Of a stretch of 64,000 nucleotides of DNA, positions 11,791 to 32,404 are shown one piece after another. Under the pieces are notes generated by a model. It was not told where the DNA came from. It did not search any database and saw only the letters and a list, made by a program, of their open reading frames with translations. The stretch spans positions 42,904,001 through 42,968,000 of the forward strand of contig CM060731.1 in NCBI GenBank assembly GCA_030704615.1. Direction: 5' to 3'. A program made the position numbers and the translations under genes. Within the stretch, counting starts at the first letter, position 1; each line of letters begins with the position of its first letter. The stretch comes from Takakia lepidozioides (Eukaryota; Plantae; Bryophyta).

Positions 11791-13421
11791 CTCTCTCTCT
11801 CTATTTTCTGTCTCTTGTATAATTCTGTCAGCTGCTGGGCAGACGACGTTCACCCTCGTTTCCAGCAACACTCATGGTTGAAGCAGAACTTGGCCGGCAT
11901 TCATGTACAAAAGACTTCCTGCACTTCCTTGCAAACGCCTCTGAATTTTGTGTGGCCTCGTCCACAAGGACTTGACAGCGGGCCCCACTACATTAAAACT
12001 GTCCAAAGTACCCTGTTTCCCTTTATATATGGGAAAAACAACAGATTGTTAGCATGGTGTAGGTTGTGGCCTGGTGGTAGGTCGATGGTGTTGAAGCGAT
12101 ACAGATTTGGGTTCCATTCTTCAAACGCCATCTTCCATAGAGGTAGTTGTAAGTTTCATAAGCCAAAAATAATATGGAGTCCTCAAGGCATGAAGGTGCC
12201 AACAAATACGACCAGGCCAGAGCCCTTGCCAACCACCCATCTTGCCACGTCACCGGCTGATAAATAGACGACCCCAGACACCAGGAGACCGTCAGTTGAG
12301 CTGGCGGCTGGCCAGGTGGGGATTGGAATCTGAGCCAAGTGCACTGCACTGTCCACATGCATTGCACTTGAGTTATTTAAAACAATTGGTTTTCTCTTCT
12401 TTACTGTTCAGAAAAGGCGATTTTATATGGATGTTTACACTTGTCCTGCCACCTGGTAATCAGGGCGACTCTCTTGCTGGAGCTCCCTCACGACTAATGG
12501 CATCACTTCTCTCCACGCGCTCCCTCCCTTACTCTCACAGCTGCCTTCTTACCAGCTGCATTTTCATTGTCAATTGTCAACTCTCAGCTTATGCTCTCTT
12601 TTGTTTTCCAGTCTCCCATCTCTCATTTTCGCTTATTCCCTCTGCTATCTTTCTCTATGGGCCCCAACAGTACGATTCACCAACGCTCTAAAGGTCAGGT
12701 CTGGAGCCACCGAAACCTCCGGTCATTGGTAGGCCCCAGCCTTCCTAGGCACTGGGTTCTTTTTGGCCCACCAGGCACAATCTCTTGCAGGTGGCTTCCC
12801 AGGCCTTCCCAGACAGCACTCTCCCCCCTCTATCATATCCGTGATACATTGCCTGATGGCAGTAGAATCATACTGTCAGTGTCTGATTAACCAATTTGAA
12901 GCAGTGGGAAGAAACATGATACAGTTGATGAGAATGGGGGCATCAAGGGACCATCACAAATTGTTGGGATGAAGTTTCTGAGCATGCCTCTCCTAAGGGA
13001 GAGGATTTGTGGCAGATGTTCACGCTGATGAGCCATATTTTATTAACAAGAATGTGAGGCAAATTCAGTTGCATTACAGTGATTATAGGTTGGAACAAGG
13101 AAGTTTCAGCAGGTGGGGAGGACCTTCCAGCCTAAAATCGCAATTAGACTAGATAAACACCAAACATGGCGGTCTATATCAACCATTTATAGATAAAGCT
13201 GCCGCCTTGGTTTGAAAACCAAGGGTAGCATAGCAGCATTTGACCAAATTTGGTAAATAGGTGACGTTCATGGTTGCCACATGTGTTCCCTGACCTTTCC
13301 CTTGCCAAGCTTATCCTACATAGATTCAATTACTTTTGCTCACCATTAAGTCAAAATGAAAGGTGAGGCTTATAATGAATGATCCCCAAAACTATGTAGA
13401 TAGCTGCCTAGTCTTTTAAGC

Positions 13422-20907
<7,486 letters not shown>

Positions 20908-21859
20908 CTTAGTATCTTATTTAGTGTTAAGGTATTCTAACGTAGTTTCTTAGTATTTTCCGGTTTCTTCTGCAGCCTTCCTCGCCATGGATCCTGCCAT
21001 TGCCCAGCAAATGAAGGAGGCAGCATCGAGGCAACCAAAACTAATAAAGCGGGAGAATCCCACCAGTAAAACTGGGTTCATCTCCAGTAATTAATAAAAG
21101 TGAATCTCACGGTGGTTTATCCCTAGAACCGTCCGTTGTGGACGGCTGACGATGGGCGGGCGTCGACAGTATTCACAGAAAGATGCGAGAGAGATATGGA
21201 GGGATTGAAAAGCAGATTCAAGGCAAGTCTGCCTGCCATTGAATCCTTTCAAGAGTCTGACGAGGAGAGTGGGCTTGTCTTGTGAAGTGGATGGAGGAGA
21301 GGTGATTTTGGGAAGGAATTGCTGTGATTTCTTCGCAGAATCTGATCGTTGCATTTTATAGAAATTGAAGAAGATCCTTTTCTTTTCTACGAGATTTTCG
21401 TTTTAGGTTATCTTAAATGCACTTATCTCCGATGTGTTGGAGCTCCTGATTGGGTCCAAGACATGCCACCTCGGCCATCTCGACCATTTCTACCCTCTCC
21501 TCTCAGATGTATGGTTTTCTTCCTTGTTTTACTGTTTGTGACAGCGGCGCAAGGAAAGACTTCCTCTGGGGAAGAAGCAGAGACGGATCCTCGGGAGTGA
21601 GATGTCCATTGTCCCAAGCTCGTGGTGTGGTGGGAGGACGGTGGTGCTAGGAATTGTTCAAGAAGGTGTTTTCTTTGAGTACGTGGAAGATGTGCACTAG
21701 AAGATTCTGCAAACAGGGAGATTGTGGACATTAGAATTCATTGCCAAGGGCATGTGGAGTCACTTTTGTGCTTGTGAGTCTGGCTGGAGATAGAAGGACA
21801 GAGGACATGAAATAGTATTGAGGACCAGCCACACAGAACAGGCGGCGAGATACATCAAT

Positions 21860-23354
21860 ATGGATAGGATAAGGCGAGGGGCAGAGGATGCACTGCGGCA
21901 GGCCTTCATGTCTAAGGATGACTATGCGTCCCTTCGCGAAGAAGACAAAATGGGGAGGAGGATGCAACGGCCACTGGCTATGGCATTCGTAACTTTTGTC
22001 TGGTGTGCAGTCGTGGTGGCCTTGGCTATTATGATCGACATTGTGTTTGCCGTAACCGGCCAAGACTATCCTTTCTGCCAGAAGAAGCGATTGGAGCACA
22101 TGACGATCAATTTGGACCTTGCCCCTTCTGCGAGTGGGGATTCGAGGCGGTCATATCAGCTCACAGAAGTGGAAGCCGCCCAGTACTTTTGGGCTGTGGT
22201 GTTCCTTCCAACCTCTGTCCTCTTTTCGGTCGCCTTAATCTACCTTTTTGCAGGTCAGTTCCTACGCAGCTTCAATTTGATTTTGCTGGATACATATTCC
22301 TACCAAATGTCCATATACGTGTCACTTCACTCCAAAAATTTGGCCGTCCTAACACTTACCGCATCTGTCCTCTAATCTATGGACAGAGGTGAGGGAAACT
22401 ACAGAAGCGTCTCTGCAATGTTTGTTGACTTGTGGAAAGACTTAAGGATATTTCACACCAAATCATGCATCTAATTGTTAATTAGAGTCGGTCACTTGTT
22501 GAGCAACATTGGCATGGTTGGGGCTGTGATATTGGCAAGGGATAGCGGTGGCATATACTGCTCCGCAGAGGCATGGTTGCCTGAAGGTTGTGGAGAACAA
22601 TTGCTGTGCCTCAAAGCGAGGTATGTGGTGATTCTTCCCTTGAAGGCTGGAAGTTTTATGTTTTTTTTTCATACTATTTTCCAGAAGTGTGATGTTGACA
22701 CCAATAGCACTCTGTGAGCTTCTTCATTAGATGCGCATAGGGCTGCTTGTATTTTAGAGAGAGAGAGAGATCCCTTAAGAAATGTTAAGACTGGAAGATT
22801 AAGGTCAGAAGGGTCAGTCTCAGGTGAGATGAGCTGAGCTGAGCTGAGCTGATGTTCATCTTGATAATTCCTTATGTGGGCATGCAGGAGGGGTGCGCTG
22901 CCTGGCCACATTAAACCTGTCGTTTCTGGCAGTATTTGTATTGCTTGCCCTATTCTTGGGCTCAAGTATTCTGACCCTTGAGACAGATTGTTCCATTGCC
23001 CTCTTCTGGTGCTATGAAGTTGTCTGCTGGGGACTTGTGTTCTTATTGGGTGCAACAGCTTTTTTCTTGCATCGAAAGGCTGCTGTAGTTATGGATGAGG
23101 GTGAATGGTATGGTCATCACACTAGGGGTGTGGAGCTCTTGGAAGCAACAGCAGTGCTTCCAGGCCCAGAAATGGAGGGACGCGTTGCCACAGGATTCAA
23201 GTCATGGCTGGGACCGGCAGAAGTTCTGTCATCGTCAGAGGATGAAGAAAGTGGGGCACACCCTGCTGACGGCGGTTTGGATGACGTTTGGGAAGAGGAC
23301 CCTGGGCAGATGTACGATGCGCCTGAAGCCTTTTCAAGGTCAAGGATAGGCTGA
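21860..23354 (+). CDS. Conserved uncharacterised plant multi-pass membrane protein, 3 exons, 313 aa
   Basis: Exons 21860-22253, 22540-22620, 22888-23354 in frame. Motifs AYTAPQRHGCLKVVENNCCASKRGGVRCL, LFWCYE, GFKSWLG and an acidic tail, recalled from a conserved plant family (resembles Arabidopsis At5g11280; from memory). Confidence 0.85.
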
Positions 23355-24410
23355 GCTGTCACTCTTTGTGAATTTACTACAGCTGGAAACTTAACTCAGT
23401 AGTGGAGAAATGGTGCAAACTTCTCTTGATGTCAAACATCACTCCTGAAAGTTCCTCAGTGTCTTGGTAAAGGGATATCTATGGAGGCTTTTCTCTTGCA
23501 AATCAGGGGAAAGGCATGACAGGGAGAAGCAGGTTCTGGACAATGGAGGGCAGCGGTGACTTATTTCAAGGATGCATAAGTAGATCGGCAGAGAATTTTG
23601 TCCGTAACACTTCAGTATGTTTTTTTGGTGTATCAGATGGTCAATCTCTGTACTTACAAGGGAGAACACGAGAAAACACGTACACGACTTTCACCCGGGA
23701 TTCTTCTCCATCTCATCCAGATCCATCAATTTCTTGTTAATATAGCAGTTTGAGTCCAACAAACTTGTAAATGAAGAAGTTATTCCAGAGCTGACCATAT
23801 GTACAGACTTCAATGGTATTGACTAACTTCTTTTGAGCAACATTTCTTTTTTTGCACTCACACAAGGATTAAATCTATTTGTTGTTGCCTTAAGGTATCA
23901 TCCCTCCCATGTCTTTGTTTCAGGCTGTCTCTCAGAGATGGGTATCTGCATTCAAATTACAAATGGGTGTTCTGGCCACAGTGGTACACTGCATTCAAAA
24001 CATTCAACAGTAGGTAGTTCAGCATGAACAATACAAGAGGTAGGCTCTTATCCTGATACGATCTATTGTTGTTTTCGAAGCCAGTCTTTTCCTTTTGGAG
24101 ACCGAATGTGCTGGATATGCATCCCCTGTCTGTGGTTGGTTCTCCCGGGAGAGAGGCATGTGTAGTCTAAGAAAGCTGCAGGAAGAAGCAAAGTCAAAGA
24201 TTGTTACTCCCACCCCTGCAAGACATGTTTGCACTACAAAGAAATGGAAGCTCAACTGAAAATGTCAATTAATCTGGTGAAAAACATTAAATTGGGCAGT
24301 TTGCACGTCATCTTAGCAAAATCAAAAGGGGTCTGTATAACTTTTGAACGTCCCACGGCTAAAAAACACTCCTAATGGGAGATAACCAAAAGTGAGAGCT
24401 AGGAAGATAG

Positions 24411-24482
24411 AGCCCTCGGCGAGGATCGAACTCGCGACCTTTCGCTTACGAAGCGAACGCACTACCACTATGCTACGAAGGC
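24411..24482 (-). tRNA. tRNA-Thr (anticodon CGT)
   Basis: GCCTTCGTAGCATAGTGGTAGTGCGTTCGCTTCGTAAGCGAAAGGTCGCGAGTTCGATCCTCGCCGAGGGCT: full cloverleaf, A and B boxes, TTTT about 20 nt downstream. Confidence 0.96.
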
Positions 24483-25689
24483 CCTCCTTATCATGACGAG
24501 TATGAACATTGCTTATAGATAGAATAGAAAAATCAGCCGAACCGGCAGGAGTGAGCGGGTTCCGCCCACCAGAACTCCTGCAACTGCTTTGGTTCCACTG
24601 CCTAGTAGAATTTAGACTTTAATACTCTTACAGCCTATTCTCTATTGCCATGTGTTTCAATGTCGGTTTACATGCCAGATCCCTGCCCGGAACCCTGCCT
24701 ATAGCCAACGCAGCACGGCGTACAACATGCCAGCCTGGCAATATGCATGAACCTTGTCTTTTTCTTTTTCTTTTTTTCTTTTTTTTCTTGTTTTTCCTCT
24801 CTAGAAATGCAACTGGATGTCACTAGAAGGCGGAAGCTACTTTCCTAGATTCCTAGTTTATATTTCTATTACAATAAAATGGAACTTCCTGATTTTTAAT
24901 ATTTCAATAATATATTTTATTCAATTGAACTATAATCTGATTTTATCCATATCCTCAGGGTAAATTCGAAAAACAATTGTATTTATATATAGCCAGGAAA
25001 TAAATATAATACATTTTACCTGAACCCGGAGAGTGAGTTAATGTTTTTGAAAAAAATTGTTAACTGGCTCGGACACTGATTGAATTTCAAAAGCCAACTT
25101 ATCCGGACCCGGAGGGCACATTAAAACCCATATACCCACCCAATATTACAATTGACTGTACCCTTATCAAATTGTCACAATTTCTTCAGCTTCTAAGCTA
25201 ATTTCTACGTCCAATCTTTTTCCTAGTTCGATCAGTGATTTTGAGGATTTTTGTGATTGATTTATCCTGGATTGTGTGTTTTCTCTATTTTTATTGGCTT
25301 CTCCCTAAAGAAGAGACCAGTCATCACTATCAAAAAGATATAAATCCATGTTATAGCTTTCCCAGATAAAACATATACTAAATACACATCATTGGTAAAG
25401 CCTTTATCATTTATATCGTAATATTAGATATTTTTTAATAATACAATACATATTTTCATCGTAATAATATATAATTGTATGATTATATTTTTTCTTATTT
25501 TTTCTTTCTCTCTTGTGTTGGTTACCTTTAATATTTTTGGCTAAAAGATGTTTTTGCTGTTGTTTTGGGGAGTTGATCCCACGACTGGTGTCCTTGCTTA
25601 CCAAAACACTAATATGGGTTGGTGCTTTAGTATCCACGTTTTCTTAGATCTCGTGTCCCTTTAAATCTCTTCAGGAGCAATGTTACATA

Positions 25690-26300
25690 TCAATTTTCTA
25701 TTGTTCTATATCCACTATAAGATTATAGATTTGGAAGTATCGATGTGAATATGAGATTTGGGGAATGATTCTTACGGAATTTAACCTCACATGGACCAAG
25801 TATGACATCATTTGCATTGTATTTTCCAAAACAAGAGTTTTATGGCACAACAGTCCAAAACCTTGTAAACAAGAGTCCAAAACCTTGACTGAATGGAATC
25901 AAATAAGCTATTGCTCAGACCAAGAGGGAGTTGAGGGAAGAGTTTGAAAATTTTATGGACTCAACATGGAGGAGATTGACCAACTCAAGAATAATGAGAT
26001 GTTTGTTGGATTTATGGTTAGAGAGAAGGGAGGGGAAGCGGACTTTGAGGGTGCTGAATAAGGTCACTCAAAGTGGGAATGTGATTAGGGACATCAAAAC
26101 CCTACATCAAGCACAAGGAGGAAGATAAGTTGCAGAAAATTCTAACTACCATTGATGGTGTTGATCTGGAGGCAATGGTTTTGTGGATATTATGGGTGGG
26201 TATTTTCGATGCCAACCTACTCATTCATAAGAAGCTGTCAGAAGACGACATAAAAGTTATCTAGGAGAAATGGCGCTTTGGATTGGGGAGACATTTGTGT
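25690..26300 (+). mobile_element. Highly degenerate L1-like LINE remnant
   Basis: ILTEFNLTWTKYDIICIVFSKTRVLWHN aligns with LFAEFDLTWAKGNLVCSRLSESRIVWHD in the L1 remnant at ~53100. Confidence 0.45.
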
Positions 26301-28022
26301 TTTGATTGACCCGGATAATTGTGGACCTCTTGCGATTAGGTGTTTTAAGGAACGTTTGCTTTGAATGCATGTTGTCAATACACAATGCATTGCCTTTTAC
26401 AAAACATGCTTCATGAATTTTGATGAACAGATGAGTTGGAGATTATGTAAAACCTATTTTGCATGCTTTCAACATTTATTATTTCCATTTTTTCTACAAT
26501 AAAAATACATATTTTTTTGCGTTGCAAGACAATGAGGACTATGATTGCGTCCACGTGATGACAAGATCATCATAAAATCATCATTTATTAAGGAAACTCT
26601 ACATCAGCTTTAGATGGTCCATCACCTAATCCAAATAGCAACTACCTCATATCCTTTGAAAACATCTCTATATTGTAAGTACACATCAAATAATTACAGA
26701 GTATCCACAATCCATAGTGGTTGTATTAAAGATCATATCAGCTCAAACAGTGGAAAGATCAATAATTTATGTAATTAGCTGTTCCACTAGATGTACAATG
26801 TAACTCTTGATCCAATATTTTGCAGTCACACCATCAGCCAAGTTGATGTGTAGTTTTTCAAAAGGAAAATTTGGCTGCAAACCTTGTACCATGCGTAACA
26901 ACACTAAATGAAGTACTGAATCAACCCAATGAAAGACCCAAAACTCTATCATGAAGAGCAACAAAGTCTGCTACTTGCAGTGGTTTTATGTGAAAAAATC
27001 AAAACTACAATCTAATTTACACACTCACTACCATACCATGAAGTTTGAGAGGCAGTTTGAAAACCATATCTATTTGTAACATCGACAGCATGCATAAATG
27101 AGTATCCTGGGAAGTCTCACGGGAGTATGTCCAAGTAACTTATACCTACTCAAAACCAAACACTCGAAACTTGTCTACTGTAAGCTTAAAAGGTCGGTTC
27201 TTCCTAATTGTCATCCACATATTTGTCGCATTTGCCTTGCATTTGCAGATGTGAAGCTCTAAAGCGAAGACTTAAACGTGACCGCTTTGGCTCTAGAAAC
27301 CTAATCGGATACCATATGTTGGGATTCGTGAGCTTGTCCTCGTATCCTAATCCCACGAGATCATTACTCTTCTAAGTAAGCAGATGAAAGAAACTCCTTC
27401 CCCCTCACATAAGCTTTTGCGCTACCCAGAAGCTGTGTTCAAGGTCACTCATAATTCAATCCAAAAACCCAAACCTAAAGCATTCGGGTTAAGAATGAAC
27501 AATGAGGATAAGAATGAGCAATGAGGAGAAGGCCTGGCTATGGCTTCTACAATGAATTCCACTCACCGACTAATCCCGGGGTTCTGGTAAATGCTGCCAG
27601 CCCGAACGCCGACATAGCTCCTAATGGGCGCCCTCACCCTCTCACAGAATCCTCCAACTGGATAGTACTACCGTCAACTGTAGAAGAGGGACAGAAAATG
27701 CGCACAAGCGCATAAGAAAAACAACACTAGAGGCAATTGAACTCGACAGAGAAGCTGCAGACTCCTTGACAAGCCCCACTGCGTTCAAATCCACTTATGA
27801 TTGATAATTCAGTGCCAAATTTCCACACTACCCAGTCGCCCTAGATTCAATGACACTACGGCATCCGGAATCTGAGGCTCTCATTCGTCTTCGGAGAAAG
27901 TAAACTCTCGTCTCTAGGTCAAAATATTTAGGGTTAAGTTAACAGGGAGATAATAATCGCGTTTCACGCCACGGGTTGCGAAAATATGAGATTCGTGAAC
28001 CTAGAGCTGCGTTTTTTACGCG

Positions 28023-29149
28023 ACGATGGCGGAATATGCAATGAACCGTGGATCGATTCCAAATTGGGAAATAGATAGCGTGATGCGGTTTGAGCGAAGA
28101 GAGGAAAATGAGGCGAGAACAGAACAAGGCATGAGTGTTGGAATCATGTGTTGCGAATCTACAAACTTGAAAGAATCAAACTGTGGCAGGAATTCCTGCT
28201 TACGTTTCGAACGTCGCGGACTCGATGGGCGACTATTCTTCAGGGTGTCGTCAATCTATGCGCCGCTGCAACGATAGTGGAATATGCGACGAACCGTGGA
28301 TCGATTCCGAATTGGGAAATAGCCCACGTGATGCGGTTTGAGCGAAGAGAGGAAAATGAGGCGAGAACAGAACAAGGCATGAGCGTTGGAATCATGTGTT
28401 GCGAATTTGCAAACTTGGAAGAATCAAATTGTGGCAGGAATTCTTGCTTACGTTTCGAACGTCGCGGACTCGATGAGCGACTATTCTTCAGGGTGTCGTC
28501 AATCTATGCGCCACTGCAACGATGGCGGAATATGCGACAAACCTTGATCGATTGCAAATTGGGAAATAGCCAACGTGATGCGGTTTGAGCGAAGAGAGAA
28601 AATGAGGCGAAAATAGAGCAAGGCATGAGTGTTGGAATCATGTGTTGCGAATATGCAAGCTTGGAAAAATCAAACTGTGGCAGGAATTCCTGCTTACATT
28701 TCGAACGTCGCGGACTCGATGAGCGGCTATTCTTCAGGGTGTCGTCAATCTATGCGCCGCTGCAACGATGGCGGAATATGTGACGAACCGCGGATCGATT
28801 CCGAATTGGGAAATAGCCAACGGGATGCGGTGTGAGCGAAGAGAGGAAAATGAGGAAAACAGAGCAAGGCACGAGTGTTGGAATCATATGTTGCGAATCT
28901 GCAAGCTTGGAAGAATCAAACTTTGGAGAGAATTCTTGCTTACGTTTTGAACGTCGCGGACTCGATGGGCGGCTATTCTTCAGGGTGTCGTCAATCTATG
29001 CGCAGCTGCAACGATGGCGGAATATGCGACGAACCGCGGATCGATTCCGAATTGGGAAATAGCCAACGAGATGCGGTTTGAGTGAAGAGCGAAAAATGAG
29101 GCGAAAATAGAGCAAGGCACGAGTGTTGGAATCATGTGCTGCGAATCTG
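28023..29149. repeat. Tandem array of ~4.5 units of 246-248 bp, CpG-rich
   Basis: Units start at 28023, 28271, 28519, 28765, 29011; palindrome gcaggaattcctgc in units 1 and 3, with variants in the others. Confidence 0.95.
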
Positions 29150-30199
29150 TGCTTCAAAATAAAGATTCCATTGATCAACCATGTCCATGTTGCAATCTCA
29201 ATTTTTGGTTGGTTTTTCTCTAGGTTGAATTGTATTTCCATAATGACTGTTGTCTATTGTATTTTCCGTTTCAATTTGAATTGAGATGGAATTATTTGCT
29301 CTCTCATAGTCTCATCCTTACGTTTCTCCACCCTATACCACCCCGATCCTCTGGGATATAGGCCTTCTCCGAAACTCCTCGTGGGGATTTTTTCAAATCC
29401 AACAACCTCCACTGTTCAGTGGAGGTTATCCTTTGTATGTACAATGTAAGTTCGTTTGGGCAGGTTCATGGAGATGCTGCCGATGCCAACTTCTTGTCGG
29501 AACCTCCATTGGAATCCTCCATGTCAGAAATTCGTCGACAGAGGGACAACATTCACACTATTGTTGAGAATTCTGTCATCGACGGTGAAGCAGCACTTGG
29601 CTTCCGTTCAATTGCACAACCCTCTGCTTCAGTCCATTCATGAAAAGGAAGTTACGTGCCGGTGCACCCTTCCTCCTCGAGGGCTCTCCAACGATATCAA
29701 GTACCTGGGTTGGGGCCCGAAAATAGATAATAAGAATCAATATATGAATCGAGACGTTTGTTTTGTTTTGTTTTGTTTGTAGCGTCGTTGAGATTCACCA
29801 TATATGTGCAATATTTTAATACAAATACATATAGCACATTATATAAATATATATGTACAAATATTAGTACTTGTATTTGTATTAGTATAAGTGTCAAATG
29901 TCCTACACCTATTATGAGCTTGTAGAATCCAAAGATATAGATGATCACATTGCAAACTCGCGTTTCTAGGGATTCTCATACAAATGTGAACAAAACAACT
30001 AGCATTGAGACAATCAAGGACAATTATGATTCATAATTATTTGTGGTCATGGAAAAACAATGCTATCAAACCTACAAAGAGATTGTTAAGCACTATGATG
30101 CCTCTCCTTTGGGTTTCTAAAGCTTGTGTAGAGGTGGTAAACATAGAGATTAAATAGATGTACAAACATCTAGTATCTATCATAGAGTTTGCTGATGCA

Positions 30200-32230
30200 T
30201 ATTAAAAATACATTAATATAACTATATTTTTAAATATCCAAACTATAGACAAGAGAAAAAAATTTAATATTAAGGGATTTGACATTTCATTACCTATTAC
30301 CATTGCCATGTCTAGAATATATATATAATAATATCGTAATATATTAGTACCTTGAACGTGTTTATCACAAAGGGCTGAACTTATGAGGGTTTTAAAAATT
30401 GGGCAAACCATTGAACTTTGTATGGTGGTTTTATCATATTAATATTTAGAAGTGTTATATGCGTTACATTGAATATGTGAAGAAAAAAAAAATAGTATTA
30501 GAGCCGATTTGAGAAAAATGAAAATGTTGAAACTAAATGTGGGTTCTAGAAATATTTTTATAAATCAGTAAAATCAAAATATTTAAACATAAAAACTACA
30601 TAAAGCTACATACATACATCTGGAAAACCCGCAATGGTCTGTACAGGCGTGCCCAAGCAACCTTCTCAGATGGAACACTCCAACCCCAGTAGAGGAATTA
30701 AATGGTCTTTTGAAGCTGTAGAAACAGACTGAAATCTTCCAATAATCCATTGTTCACATAATGAATTCAATGTCAGTGATAGTGCTCCTGTTCTCTAAAT
30801 GGAACATTGTTTGCATTCTTTCAGCAACCTTTCAGTAGAGGTACACCCCATGGTTTTTGACTGACTAGAAGGGAGTGTTGAGAGGGAAAGAGAAAGAGGA
30901 AGATAGAATGCCAAGTGGAAGAGATGAAAGAAAGCCGACCTGCTACAGGTAGGGTCCTCCCCAGAACTGTCACAAACCTGCTCAAACTCATACTGCAGAC
31001 GACCCACAGCAATCTTGAAGAGCCACACCTGCATCAACTTTGATGCATCAATCTCAACAGTCTAACCCAGATAATATTAAGCTGGATGTCAACCCTGTGC
31101 ATCAAGCAAGCAAAATTTAGAATATGTCAGTCGAATACATGATACATGAAGCACACAAACTAGTGCAGTACATATATGTATGAATACATAACTGTACTCA
31201 TGCAAGGACAGACTGATTGCACTATTGACAAACAAAGCCCCTGAAGCAAAAACCAAACCAACCTACCAAGTGTGAACAAAGAACATCAGCAACAAAATTG
31301 CATATAGCCAGTAGCATCTCAATATATGACAAGATTGAGACTCTCCAACTGAATAATCATAGAGACGTTTTTATTTTTATTTTTATTTTTTAAATGGTGT
31401 TTATAATGTATTCATAACTCTATATTCTTAATTATCTAAAATATAGGCAAGAGATAAAAATCCAATATTAAGGATTTAGACATTTCATTAAAACATGCTC
31501 CTCAACTATTTAGAAGTGTTGTAACATTTACATTGAATATGTGAAGAAACAAAAGAAATAAAAGAAATATATATTATAGCAGATTCGACAAAAAAAAAGT
31601 TCATAAGTCAGTATTTTATTTTTATTTTTTAGGCAGCTTAGAAAATATGATGATGATGATGTGGCATGATGATGAATGGTTGACTCTGACATGGCAGCCA
31701 TGACATGTCACTATGGCACCCTATTTAAAACGCAACTGGAATTAGGGCCGCGTGTTGCACCGCACATGACTTCTGAGAGCAATGTTCAAGTTTTTCCAAT
31801 TAATTAATTAACTTTAAAAGGAAAAGGTATTCAAGCAAATAATATTGTTTTTGTTATAGAGAGACAAGACTCCGGCTCACATAGCCATAAACTGTCCTTT
31901 CAAGGGTGGGTTCTATAAAAGTTTTTATAAATCAAAATCTTAACAAGTAAATTTTAAATTTGTTTTACAACATATTAATAGATCTATATTTTTAATTATC
32001 TAGTATATAGGCAAGAGATAAATATCTAATATTTAAATCTCATTAGCTGTTACTATAATATAATATAATATATTTGTACTATTATAATATAATATTAATT
32101 CAAAAACTGGACAAACCATTGAATCCATTTGGGTGGTTTTATCATAAACAATATCTAGAAGTGTTTTAACATTTCTATTGAATGTGTAAAGAAACAACAA
32201 AAAATAAAAATAAAAAATGATTATATTAAT
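30200..32230. repeat. Three related AT-rich repeat segments (~30200-30560, ~31390-31580, ~31960-32220), probable non-autonomous DNA-element pieces
   Basis: Shared blocks caagaga.aaa, aatattaagg..ttt.gacatttcatt, caaaccattgaa, ggtggttttatcat, tagaagtgtt, attgaat.tgt.aagaaa. Confidence 0.65.
30670..31028 (-). pseudogene. Isolated fragment of a class-3 lipase gene (two C-terminal exons plus intron)
   Basis: cag|VWLFKIAVGRLQYEFEQVCDSSGEDPTCS(R)|gt at 31028-30940. Degenerate, frameshifted next exon SVSTASKDHL from 30728. Matches the plant lipase_3 VW...C...GEDPTCSRSV...DHL signature. No upstream exons found. Confidence 0.7.
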
Positions 32231-32404
32231 TTACAAAACATAATTTAAAAATTCAATTTTATTTTTGGCTTTTGGGCAGATTAAAAAATGACGATGACAA
32301 CGTGGTTGAAGAAAGGAATAAAATGATATTAGAGCCCAAAAGAAGCCAGTTGAAATTGGGATGTGTTCTAAGTTGTCCCCAAAGTTCTGTGGTCCTTTTA
32401 TAAT

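Noticed and set aside
13198-13229. Hairpin ccttggttt-ga-aaaccaagg as an intrinsic terminator
   Set aside because: Eukaryotic locus downstream of the GH1 stop, with no U-tract or Helitron CTRR end; function unsupported.
26600-27720. Decayed transposase next to the 248-bp array
   Set aside because: Composition is coding-like but I recognised no motif in the frames examined.
28023-29149. CRISPR array or repeat-protein gene suggested by the repeated ORFs
   Set aside because: Units are contiguous with no unique spacers, and 248-bp units shift frame; the ORFs are by-products of a tandem repeat.
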